From: Vulcanimicrobiota bacterium
GTDB taxonomy: Bacteria > Vulcanimicrobiota > Vulcanimicrobiia > Vulcanimicrobiales > Vulcanimicrobiaceae
Direction: 5' to 3'
Assembly (NCBI GenBank): GCA_963755555.1
Contig: CAVWKE010000003.1
Location: forward strand, 53,357-117,356
Length of the DNA stretch: 64,000 nucleotides
This document shows positions 45,242-53,699 of this stretch, in pieces; within the stretch, counting starts at the first letter, position 1; every line of letters starts with the position of its first letter. The notes beneath the pieces were generated by a model, which did not search any database, had not been told where the DNA came from, and saw only the letters and a program-made list of their open reading frames with translations. The position numbers were made by a program, and so were the translations under genes.

Positions 45242-46644
45242 GGCAGCGGATCCGGTAACTCGGGAGGCGCGAATTCGAAGCAGCGCGTGCCGGCCGGGAA
45301 GATCTTTTCCGGATTGAGGACGCCGTGCGGATCGAAGACGTCGCGAACGCGAGCCATCGTCGCGAGGTCCGCCGTGGAGTAGACTCGCGTCATCGCCCCG
45401 CGCTTCTCGTATCCGATGCCGTGTTCTCCGCTAATGGTGCCTCCGAGGTCGATGGCCGCCTGCAAGATGGCGTTCCCGCTCGCAATCACCGCTCCCACTT
45501 GTTTGAGATCGCGCTTGTCGTACATCATCAGCGGATGGAGGTTGCCATCGCCGGCGTGGAAGACGTTCCCAACCGTGATGCGGTTTGCCGCCGCCGCCGA
45601 TTCGACCGCGCGCAGTGCCAGGGGGAGCTTGCTGCGCGGAACGCACAAGTCTTGCGTGTAGTAGTTGGGTGCGATTCGCCCGGTTGCGCCGGCCGCCCCT
45701 TTTCGGCCCGCCCAGAGGGCGTCACGCTCGCGCCGACTGCGAGCGCTGCGCCAAGAAATCGCGTCGTGGCGAGCGACGATTTCGGCGATCGCCGCTTCGC
45801 AGGCGTCCATGTCGTCGGCAAAGCCGGCATTTTCTATCAGGAGTACGGCTGCCGCTTCGGTCGGATAGCCGGCCTGGAAGGCGGCTTCGACCGCGCGCAC
45901 GATTACCGCGTCCATCATTTCGAGCGCGGTTGGAACGATGCCGGCCGCAACGATCGCCGAGACCGCCTCCGACGCGGCGTCGATGCTGCCGAAGGCCGCA
46001 ACCCAAACGCGCACCGCTTCGGGTTCTTGCAGCAACCGTACCCACGCCGACGTAACGATTCCGAGGGTTCCTTCGCTCCCGACGAGCGCTGCCGTCAAGT
46101 CGTATCCCGGATCGTCGAGGGAGGTCGTAAAGACTTCGCCGTTTTCGTCGACGACCTCGAGCGCGATAACGTGATTTACCGTCGTCCCGTAGGACAGGCA
46201 GTGAGGTCCCCCGGCGTTCGTGGCGACGTTTCCACCAATCGTCGAAATTTTTTGCGACGACGGGTCGGGTGCGTAGAAAAGACCGTCCGCCGACGTGCGC
46301 TTCGAGAGATCGAGGTTGACGACGCCGGCTTCGACGTGCGCCCGCCGGTTGCGAACGTCGAGTTCGAGAATCCGGTTCATACGCGCGAACGAAATCACGA
46401 CGCCGCCTTCGACGGGCACGGCGCCGCCGCACAAACCCGTTCCGGCGCCGCGCGGCACGATTGGCTCGCCGCAACTGCGAGCGATCTTCACCGCGGCGCT
46501 GACGTCGCGGACGTTCGCCGGCAGCACGACCGCCGACGGCAAATGCCCGTCGGTGTATGCGTCGAACGAGTAAACCGCCAGATCCTCGGGTGCGGTTTTC
46601 ACCGCCTCGCTTCCGAGCGCTTCGATCAAACGAGCGTGAAGCAT
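45238..46644 (-). CDS. FAD-linked oxidase, GlcD-like (glycolate/D-lactate oxidase family)
   Basis: IVPRGAGTGLCGGAVP, STIGGNVATNAGG, GSEGTLGIVT, HAGDGNLHP and GTISGEHGIGYEK motifs. Confidence 0.85.
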   Translation of the reverse strand: MLHARLIEALGSEAVKTAPEDLAVYSFDAYTDGHLPSAVVLPANVRDVSAAVKIARSCGEPIVPRGAGTGLCGGAVPVEGGVVISFARMNRILELDVRNRRAHVEAGVVNLDLSKRTSADGLFYAPDPSSQKISTIGGNVATNAGGPHCLSYGTTVNHVIALEVVDENGEVFTTSLDDPGYDLTAALVGSEGTLGIVTSAWVRLLQEPEAVRVWVAAFGSIDAASEAVSAIVAAGIVPTALEMMDAVIVRAVEAAFQAGYPTEAAAVLLIENAGFADDMDACEAAIAEIVARHDAISWRSARSRRERDALWAGRKGAAGATGRIAPNYYTQDLCVPRSKLPLALRAVESAAAANRITVGNVFHAGDGNLHPLMMYDKRDLKQVGAVIASGNAILQAAIDLGGTISGEHGIGYEKRGAMTRVYSTADLATMARVRDVFDPHGVLNPEKIFPAGTRCFEFAPPELPDPLP

Positions 46645-46675
46645 CGCTCGTCCTTGGCCATACTCCTATAAGGTC

Positions 46676-47902
46676 CTAGTACAGGAGGTAGTTCGCGCGC
46701 AACTCGCGGAAGGCGGCGACGCTGCGGTCCCAGCCGCCCAGGATCGCAGCCGCCGAGGATCCCGCGAGCAAGCCTCGACGCAGCGACGCCGTACCCCAAT
46801 CGCGATCCAGCGCGTCCGGCTTAACGGCGAGGACGTGCGGGAAAAGCCGGCGAGCGGCTACCAGAATTTCAACCGACGTCCGCACCGCAAGAAAACGGCG
46901 CGGATCGAATACGACCAGCTCGACGCCCGCGAGTTCGCGCCCTTTCCAAAATCCGGCGATCGGCTCCCACGCGGCGGGACGAAACCACACGCCGGGCAGG
47001 TTTCGCGCGTTCAGGGCGTCGGCCAGCCGGTCCCCATCCACGCCGGCCATTCCGGCCAAGAAGAACGGCTTGGTGAATCCGGTGCCGTTATTGAGCCCCG
47101 CGTTGTCGATCAGCCCCGTGCACAACAGGACGAACGTCGTCGCCCATTCGGGGACGTTGGGCGACGTCTGCACCCACTGCAAGCCTGTATCCGGCCAGAT
47201 CATCGAACGGCGCCAGCCGTTCATCGCGATCACGCGAAGTTTCGCACCTATGCCGAAGCGGTCGTTGAAAAGCCTGGCCAGTTCGCCGACCGTCATGCCG
47301 TGGCGCATGGCGATCGGGTACAGACCGATAAACGACTCGAATGCCGGTTCGAGCACGGGCCCTTCGACCGAGACGCCGCCGACCGGGTTTGGACGGTCGA
47401 GTACCCAGAACTCTTTTCCGTTCGCTTTCGCTCCCTGCATCGCGTACGCCATCGTTGAAATATACGTGTACGCGCGCGAGCCGACGTCTTGTAGATCGAA
47501 CAACAGGACGTCGATATCGTCGAGCATCGCGGCACTGGGCCGGCGAGTGGGGCCGTAAAGACTATATACCGGTAAGCCCGACTTCGAGTCGACGTACGAG
47601 GCGACCGCGGCTCCGGCCGTGCGATCGCCGCGCAAGCCGTGTTCCGGCGCGAAAATCGCCTTGACGCGGACGTTCCCCTTCCGTGCAACGGCATCGACGA
47701 TCGATTCGAGGTTCGACGTGACGGCGCTCTGATTGGCGATGATCCCCACGCGTCTCGTTCCGAGGTCGCGCCACGCCGACCGTAAAAAAACGTCGTCACC
47801 AAGTTCGATGTCGGCGTGCGGCAGCGGTTCGGCCGGCGCCGGAAGGGCAGCGCCGGCGATCGTTAGCGCCGCCCCGGACGCCAAGAACGCGCGTCGTTTC
47901 AT
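46676..47902 (-). CDS. DUF1343 family (exo-beta-N-acetylmuramidase NamZ/YbbC-like), with a Tat-like signal
   Basis: MKRRAFLASGAALTIAGAALPAP. FAPEHGLRGD, LPVYSLYG, DVLLFDLQDVGSRAYTYISTM and VLDRPNPVGG blocks. Confidence 0.8.
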   Translation of the reverse strand: MKRRAFLASGAALTIAGAALPAPAEPLPHADIELGDDVFLRSAWRDLGTRRVGIIANQSAVTSNLESIVDAVARKGNVRVKAIFAPEHGLRGDRTAGAAVASYVDSKSGLPVYSLYGPTRRPSAAMLDDIDVLLFDLQDVGSRAYTYISTMAYAMQGAKANGKEFWVLDRPNPVGGVSVEGPVLEPAFESFIGLYPIAMRHGMTVGELARLFNDRFGIGAKLRVIAMNGWRRSMIWPDTGLQWVQTSPNVPEWATTFVLLCTGLIDNAGLNNGTGFTKPFFLAGMAGVDGDRLADALNARNLPGVWFRPAAWEPIAGFWKGRELAGVELVVFDPRRFLAVRTSVEILVAARRLFPHVLAVKPDALDRDWGTASLRRGLLAGSSAAAILGGWDRSVAAFRELRANYLLY

Positions 47903-47909
47903 CGAACCG

Positions 47910-48743
47910 TCACACGAATCGCGGCTCGGAGGATCGTTTCACGACGCCGGCTTCGCGAGCGCGAGCGAACAGCGCATGGGCGGCCTCCATCCCGGTCTTG
48001 CCGACGTCCACCGTGAACTCGTTGACGTAGAGCGCGATGTGCTGGCGGGCGACGTCTTCGCTCATCTCGGTCGAGTGCCGGCGGACGTACGGCATGACCA
48101 CCGCTTCGTTTGCACGCGCAAAAGCCAGACTGGCGCGAATCGCATCCTCGATCGCATGGGCGTCTTGGTCGCTGACGTCGTTGCGAACCGCGATCGCGCC
48201 GAGCGGAATCGGCAGGAGCGTGAGATTCTCCCACCATTCGCCGAGGTCGGCGATCGCGATCAATCCCGCTTGCCGATACGTGAAGCGCGACTCGTGGATG
48301 ATCAGGCCGGCGTCGACGCGACCTTCTGCGACCGCCGAAATGATTTGGTCGAACCGCATTTGGACGGCCGGCGGTTTTCGCCCGAGAGCCAGCTGCAGCA
48401 GGACGAACGCGGTCGTGCGTTCGCCGGGGATAGCGATCCGCCGGCGCGCGAAATCCGCAAAGAGGGGCGGCGCGGCGGCCGGCACGGCCACCAGCAGCGG
48501 CCCGCAGCCGCGCCCGAGTGCGCCGCCCGCTCGCAAAATGCGATACCGGTCGCCGAGATAGGGCATCGCGCCGTAGCTGACCTTGACCAATTCGAACTCG
48601 CCCCGCGCCGCTGCTGCATTGAGTTCGGCGATGTCGGCCAAGTGGACGCGCACGTCGGGCGCGTCGGCCAATAGTCCGTTGGCAAGCGCCGCGAACACGT
48701 ACGTATCGTTGGGACAAGGCGAGTACGCGAGCGTAAAGGTCAT
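47910..48743 (-). CDS. mqnD: 1,4-dihydroxy-6-naphthoate synthase (futalosine pathway)
   Basis: MTFTLAYSPCPNDTYVFAALANG...VKVSYGA...GGALGRGCGPLLV. ATG at 48743 overlaps the mqnB stop (ATGA). Confidence 0.8.
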   Translation of the reverse strand: MTFTLAYSPCPNDTYVFAALANGLLADAPDVRVHLADIAELNAAAARGEFELVKVSYGAMPYLGDRYRILRAGGALGRGCGPLLVAVPAAAPPLFADFARRRIAIPGERTTAFVLLQLALGRKPPAVQMRFDQIISAVAEGRVDAGLIIHESRFTYRQAGLIAIADLGEWWENLTLLPIPLGAIAVRNDVSDQDAHAIEDAIRASLAFARANEAVVMPYVRRHSTEMSEDVARQHIALYVNEFTVDVGKTGMEAAHALFARAREAGVVKRSSEPRFV

Positions 48744-49357
48744 GCCGGCAAGCCGCTGGAGGCGTCGATCGAAGCGAAAAACGCCTCGAGAATGCGGTTG
48801 AGTCCGGCGAGACCCGCGTTGAAATCCCACCCGCTGTGCTCGCGGCTGCCGGCGCGGTTAGAGATGCCGCGCAAACCGATGGCTGGAACGCCGGCCCGTT
48901 CGCACGCCCGCAAAACCGCGAAACCTTCCATCGTCTCCACCTGCGCGCCGCGACTCGCCAGTCGCGCGGCGGTCTCTTCGCTCGACGTGACGCGTGAAAC
49001 GGTGATCCCGCGCAACGGCGGGAAGCCGCGCGCTTGCAGCCGCGCGACCAATCCCGGATCCGAGCGGGCCTTCTCAACGACCTGTTCGCCGGGAGGGAGC
49101 GCGATCGGGCGTCCGTCTTCGAGTGCCAACTCGAACGCGTCGTCGGCGACGATCACGCCGTCGCCGATGGCGGCCGCACCGGCGAGCGCGCCGGCGATGC
49201 CGGCGCCGATCACCACCTGGTACCGTCGCTGGGCAAGCCGGTGCGCGACGGCGCACGCCGCTTCGACCGCGCCCACGCCGGTAACCAGGGCATCGACGCC
49301 GCTGCGATCCCGCCATGCCACCAACTCGCGTTCGACCGCGGCTACGAGCAAAATCAC
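48740..49357 (-). CDS. mqnB: Futalosine hydrolase (PNP/UDP-1 family)
   Basis: VILLVAAVEREL..., TGVGAVEAA, VETMEGFAVLRACERAGVPAIGLRGISNRAG. GTG at 49357 lies just after the queE stop. The 509-aa track ORF is over-extended across queE and queD in another frame. Confidence 0.7.
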   Translation of the reverse strand: MILLVAAVERELVAWRDRSGVDALVTGVGAVEAACAVAHRLAQRRYQVVIGAGIAGALAGAAAIGDGVIVADDAFELALEDGRPIALPPGEQVVEKARSDPGLVARLQARGFPPLRGITVSRVTSSEETAARLASRGAQVETMEGFAVLRACERAGVPAIGLRGISNRAGSREHSGWDFNAGLAGLNRILEAFFASIDASSGLPA

Positions 49358-49362
49358 CGGCG

Positions 49363-49938
49363 TTACCGAATTCCAATGAACTTGTGCGTTTGCAGCGAGA
49401 GACGAAATCGCTGCGGATGGGCTTTGACGTATTCGAGCGCGACGGCAACGTTGGCCGGCCGGTTCCCTTCCGGCTGCAGCAAGACGACGGATTTGTCGGC
49501 AAAGAGCGGCAAATGTTCTTCGGGGACGCGCCGGTCGACGATCAGCTTCGCCTCGTCGGCCCGGGCGGCCATTCGCGGATCGACTCGCTCTTTGGGGCTC
49601 ACGCATAACCAAACGTCCGCGGGCAGCGGGGCGTAAATCGTACCGTTCGACTCGACGTGCACGCGCCGCCCGTCGCGGCGAAGTGCGTCGATCAAGGCGA
49701 GGGTCTCGGTTTGCGCCAACGGCTCGCCGCCGGTGAGGATTACCGTCGGACAGGCTGCGCCGGCCGCGCGGACGGCTGCGACGACGGCGTCGACTGCTTC
49801 GAGGGACTTGGTCGAATAATCGGTGTCGCAGAAATCGCAGGCGAGATTGCAGCCGGCCAGGCGCACGAAAACGGCGGGCGTGCCGGTCCACGTGCCTTCG
49901 CCTTGAATGCTGTAAAAAATTTCGGCGAGTGCCAGCAA
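49363..49938 (-). CDS. queE: 7-carboxy-7-deazaguanine synthase (radical SAM)
   Basis: EIFYSIQGEG...VFVRLAGCNLACDFCDT (CxxxCxxC-type cluster) ...LTGGEP. Confidence 0.85.
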   Translation of the reverse strand: MLALAEIFYSIQGEGTWTGTPAVFVRLAGCNLACDFCDTDYSTKSLEAVDAVVAAVRAAGAACPTVILTGGEPLAQTETLALIDALRRDGRRVHVESNGTIYAPLPADVWLCVSPKERVDPRMAARADEAKLIVDRRVPEEHLPLFADKSVVLLQPEGNRPANVAVALEYVKAHPQRFRLSLQTHKFIGIR

Positions 49939-49944
49939 CGTTTC

Positions 49945-50331
49945 TTAGTCCCGCCGTGCGGCGGCGCCGTGAAAATCCGATCGGCCCAAAACCGCACAAG
50001 AGTTCGAAGTCTCCCACAGCACCAGCTCGTCGAGCCCCGGCAAGGCGGGTTCGAGGCGCTCCCAGATCCAAAACAGGATGCGTTCGGCGGTCGGGTTTTC
50101 GATCACGTCGTTGAGGGTTTGATGATCGAGGGCGGCGATCGTGTTTTCGCGCACGATTCGCGCAATCTCGTCGAAATCCACGATCATGCCGCGATCGTGC
50201 CCCTGGGTGCGGATCGGTCCGCGAACGGCTACTTCGAGACGGTACGAGTGCCCGTGCATCCGGGCGCACTTCCCCGGATGGAACGGTAGCGCGTGCGCCG
50301 CCTCGAAGGCAAAGTTTCGGCGTACCTGCAA
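49945..50331 (-). CDS. queD: 6-carboxy-5,6,7,8-tetrahydropterin synthase
   Basis: FEAAHALPFHPGKCARMHGHSYRLEV...WETSNSCA. 128 aa. Confidence 0.85.
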   Translation of the reverse strand: MQVRRNFAFEAAHALPFHPGKCARMHGHSYRLEVAVRGPIRTQGHDRGMIVDFDEIARIVRENTIAALDHQTLNDVIENPTAERILFWIWERLEPALPGLDELVLWETSNSCAVLGRSDFHGAAARRD

Positions 50332-50359
50332 CGGAGCGACTCGGATCCTCGGCGGCGCT

Positions 50360-51634
50360 TCACAGCGCGCCGTCGGGACCCATGCTTTCCAGGCGTTTTT
50401 TGAGGTCGGCGAGATAGCCGCTTGCGACGTAACCGTCGACCACGCGGTGATCGAGCGAGAGGCACGAGTTCATCATATGCCGGATCGCGATCGCATCGTC
50501 GTCGCGGACGACCGGCTGTTTGACGATCGTCTCCATCGTCACGATGCCGGCCTGGCCGGCGTTGATGATCGGCGCCGATGCCCAAGAGCCATTGGCGCCG
50601 TTATTGTTGACGGTGAACGTTCCGCCGGCGAGATCGTCGACGTTGAGCTTTCCCTTGCGCGCTTTATCGATCAGCTCGCCGGCGGCGATCGCAAGGCCTC
50701 GAATCGAGAACTGATCGGCCTGTTTGATCACCGGCACGACGAGATTGGTCGCCAACCCGATGGCGATGCCGACGTTGACGTCCTTATTGACGTAGATGCC
50801 TTCGGGGGTGAACTTGGCGTTCATGAGCGGAAACGCCGCCAGCGACTCGACCGCGGCTCGGATGAAGAACGGCAGCAACGTGAGCTTGTAGCCGGTCTCA
50901 CGCTCGAAGCGGTCTTTCTCCTTGGCGCGCCATTTCCACACGTTGGTCACGTCGATCTGCACCATCGACCATGCGTGCGGCGCGGTGTGCTTGCTCTCGA
51001 CCATGCGCTCGGCGATGATGCGCCGCGCCTGGGTTAGGGGCACGGTCATTCCCGGAATCGGCCGCGCGTAGGTCGGGCCGCTGCGGGCCGGGGCAGGCGA
51101 CGGTTTCGCGTCGCCGGTCGAAACGGGTGCGTCGACTCGCGCGGCGGCCAGCACGTCGGCGGCGGTGACGCGGCCGTTGGCGCCGCTCCCGGAGATCGTG
51201 CTAACGTCGACGCGATGTTCGCGCGCCAGCCGCCGAACGGCGGGCGACGCCGCTCGCAGCGCCGTCTGTGCGTCGCCGTTCGAGGCACCGGCGACGGCGC
51301 TGCCGTTGGTCGATGACGCCGACGCGGCGGCGGCCGGTAACGGCGAGGAGGAAGCCGCTGCGGGCGCCGGGGCGGCCGGTGCCGCGGCACCGGTGACGGT
51401 TTCGTCGATGACGGCGATCGGCGTACCCGTGGCGACCGTCTCACCCTCTTTTACCAGCACTTCACGAATCGTCCCGGTGACCGGCGAGGGAACTTCGGCG
51501 TTGACTTTGTCGGTCGAGATTTCGACGAAGGCTTCGTACTTTTCAACCCGATCGCCGACGTTCTTGATCCACTGCGCGACGGTGCCTTCGGTTACCGTCT
51601 CGCCGAGTTGCGGCATCGTAATCGTGGTCGCCAC
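50360..51634 (-). CDS. 2-oxoacid dehydrogenase complex E2 (dihydrolipoamide acyltransferase)
   Basis: Lipoyl domain ITMPQLGETVTEGTVAQW...VEISTDKVNAEVPSP, an Ala/Pro linker, the subunit-binding segment ASPAVRRLAREHRVD, and the catalytic SLDHRVVDG. The GTG start shares 1 nt with the E1-beta stop (TAGTG). Confidence 0.9.
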   Translation of the reverse strand: MATTITMPQLGETVTEGTVAQWIKNVGDRVEKYEAFVEISTDKVNAEVPSPVTGTIREVLVKEGETVATGTPIAVIDETVTGAAAPAAPAPAAASSSPLPAAAASASSTNGSAVAGASNGDAQTALRAASPAVRRLAREHRVDVSTISGSGANGRVTAADVLAAARVDAPVSTGDAKPSPAPARSGPTYARPIPGMTVPLTQARRIIAERMVESKHTAPHAWSMVQIDVTNVWKWRAKEKDRFERETGYKLTLLPFFIRAAVESLAAFPLMNAKFTPEGIYVNKDVNVGIAIGLATNLVVPVIKQADQFSIRGLAIAAGELIDKARKGKLNVDDLAGGTFTVNNNGANGSWASAPIINAGQAGIVTMETIVKQPVVRDDDAIAIRHMMNSCLSLDHRVVDGYVASGYLADLKKRLESMGPDGAL

Positions 51635-52635
51635 TAGAACCTCACCATCTCGCGCATCGCCTCGGCCATCTCGTCGGGAGACGACAGATATTCTTCCTCG
51701 AGCGGCAGCGCGTACCCCATCGCCGGTACGTCGGGGGCACACAGCCGCCGGATCGGCGCGTCGAGGTGAAACAGGGCTTCTTCGGCGACCATCGCGCTGA
51801 TTTCGGCGCCGATTCCGCCGAACTTATTGTCTTCGTGAATTACGAGCAGCTTGCGCGTTTTTTCGACGCTCGTTAGAATCGTTTGCCGGTCCATCGGCCG
51901 GATCGAGCGCAGATCGATCACCTCGACGGACATCCCTTCACCGTCGAGCCGCGCAGCCGCTTCTAGCGCCCAATGCACGTATAGACCGTACGACACAACG
52001 GTGAGCTGCGACCCCGCCTTGAGGACGTTCGCTTTGCCGATCGGAATCGTGTAGTGGCCGTCTGGTACCTCGCCCTTGATGAGCCGGTACGTCTTTTTAT
52101 GTTCGAGAAAGAGTACCGGATCGGGATCGTCGATGGCCGAGTTGAGCAAGCCCTTGACGTCGGCCGGAAATGCCGGCGCGACGATTTTGAGCCCCGGCAC
52201 GTGATAGAACAGGGCCTCGATGCAAACCGAGTGCGAAAGCGCGCCGCGGACGCCGCCGCCGTAGGGCGTTCGAATGACCAGCGGGCACGTGTACTCGCCG
52301 TTGGAGCGGTAGCGCGTCTTGGCCGCCTCACCCACGATTTGATTGAACGCCGGGTAGATGAAGTCGGCGAACTGGATTTCGGCGATCGGGCGCAGACCCT
52401 CCATCGCCATGCCGATCGCGATGCCGACGATCGACGCTTCGGCAATCGGCGTGTCGATCACGCGTTCCGGGCCGAACTCTTCGATGAAATCCTTGGTGAT
52501 GAGAAAGACGTTTCCACGCGGCCCGACGTCTTCGCCGATGATCACGGTTCGATCGTCGGCTTTCATCGCCTCGTAGAGCGTCGCTCGAACCGCCTCGACG
52601 TTGTTCATGACCGTCGAGGTCGCGCTGCTGCTCAC
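51634..52635 (-). CDS. 2-oxoacid dehydrogenase E1 component, beta subunit
   Basis: VIIGEDVG..GNVF, VIDTPIAEASIVGIAIGMA, EIQFADFIYPAFNQI. GTG at 52635 overlaps the E1-alpha stop (GTGA). Alternative start ATG at 52608. Confidence 0.9.
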   Translation of the reverse strand: MSSSATSTVMNNVEAVRATLYEAMKADDRTVIIGEDVGPRGNVFLITKDFIEEFGPERVIDTPIAEASIVGIAIGMAMEGLRPIAEIQFADFIYPAFNQIVGEAAKTRYRSNGEYTCPLVIRTPYGGGVRGALSHSVCIEALFYHVPGLKIVAPAFPADVKGLLNSAIDDPDPVLFLEHKKTYRLIKGEVPDGHYTIPIGKANVLKAGSQLTVVSYGLYVHWALEAAARLDGEGMSVEVIDLRSIRPMDRQTILTSVEKTRKLLVIHEDNKFGGIGAEISAMVAEEALFHLDAPIRRLCAPDVPAMGYALPLEEEYLSSPDEMAEAMREMVRF

Positions 52636-53660
52636 TGCCACGGTTCCCAAGCTCCTTCGTAAACGTGGGTGTAAAGGTCGGCGGCCTGTGGATACGGCAG
52701 CGCCTCGGCGGAGTCGGTCGCCTCGTTGGTCTCGCGAAGCACGTCTTTGCGCATTGCTTCGACGTCGTCCGCCGTCATGATGCCGTTGTCGACCAGTAGC
52801 CTTTCGAAACGTGGAACCGGGTCGAGTTTGCGGTACTCGAGGACGTCTTCGCGAGTGCGGTACGTCATGTCGTTGTCGTCGGTCGAGTGCGCGAGATACC
52901 GGTAGCACGTGCCTTCGATCAACGACGGACCGCCGCCCGAGCGGGCCCGATTCATCGCTTCGTTGACGACGCCGTACGTTTCGATCGGATCGAATCCGTT
53001 GAAGCGCCGGCCGGGCAAACCGTAGCCGGTCGCGCGCTTCCAAATTTCAGGTTGCGCCATCTGCTTGGAGAGCGGCGTCGAGATCGCCCATTCGTTATTT
53101 TCGACCAGCATGACGATCGGCAGCCGGTGAATCGCCATGAAATTCATCGATTCGTGCCACTCGCCTTCGCTGGTCGTTCCGTCACCGCAGGTGACGAGCA
53201 CCGCGCGCCCCAATTCACCGCGATACTTTAGGGCGTACGCTGCCCCAACGGCGTGCGGGATATGGGCTGCGAGAATCGAGGAAAACGACATCAAGCCGGC
53301 GCTCTTCGACGAGTAGTGGTTGGGAAACTGACGGCCGCCGTTGTGGTCGGCGGCGCGTGCGAAGATCGAAAGCAGAATCTCGAACGGGGAGAGACCGATC
53401 CCAAGACAGAGGCCGAGATCGCGGTAGTACGGAGCGAGGATGTCGCTCCCGCGATGAAATGCCATCGCGGCTCCGGCCTGCAGGGCTTCGTGTCCCTCGC
53501 TGCCGAGGGCGAAAGGCACTTTGCCTTGCCGGTTGAGTTGAAATCCGCGGTTGTCGAGCTGCCGCTGCAGCAGCATGTTGCGAAAGATCGTCCGCAGCTG
53601 CTCGTCGGTCAGGCCGTAACGCTCCACGAGCGAGCTCGTTTGCGTGTTCGTCTTAGCCAT
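52632..53660 (-). CDS. 2-oxoacid dehydrogenase E1 component, alpha subunit (copy 1, promoter-distal)
   Basis: ThDP motif VTCGDGTTSEGEWHESMNFMAIHRLPIVMLVENNEWAIST. ATG at 53660 (MAKTNTQ). Confidence 0.9.
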   Translation of the reverse strand: MAKTNTQTSSLVERYGLTDEQLRTIFRNMLLQRQLDNRGFQLNRQGKVPFALGSEGHEALQAGAAMAFHRGSDILAPYYRDLGLCLGIGLSPFEILLSIFARAADHNGGRQFPNHYSSKSAGLMSFSSILAAHIPHAVGAAYALKYRGELGRAVLVTCGDGTTSEGEWHESMNFMAIHRLPIVMLVENNEWAISTPLSKQMAQPEIWKRATGYGLPGRRFNGFDPIETYGVVNEAMNRARSGGGPSLIEGTCYRYLAHSTDDNDMTYRTREDVLEYRKLDPVPRFERLLVDNGIMTADDVEAMRKDVLRETNEATDSAEALPYPQAADLYTHVYEGAWEPWQ

Positions 53661-53699
53661 ATTCGTATGCCGCCTCACGTGTCGTCGCCCCGGGCGCAC

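Noticed and set aside
46645-46675. Second copy of the 23-bp terminal repeat of the 38305-38472 element (GGCCATACTCCTATAAGGTCCTAGTACAGGAGG)
   Set aside because: The similarity is patchy (only the GCCATA, GTCCTA and CAGG blocks are shared) and has indels. There is no partner inverted repeat nearby, so it is probably coincidental.
50332-50359. preQ1 riboswitch upstream of queD, and likewise a yybP-ykoY Mn riboswitch upstream of mntP (9226-9269)
   Set aside because: The spacers are only 28 nt and about 44 nt and show none of the conserved riboswitch helices. There is no room for an aptamer plus expression platform.
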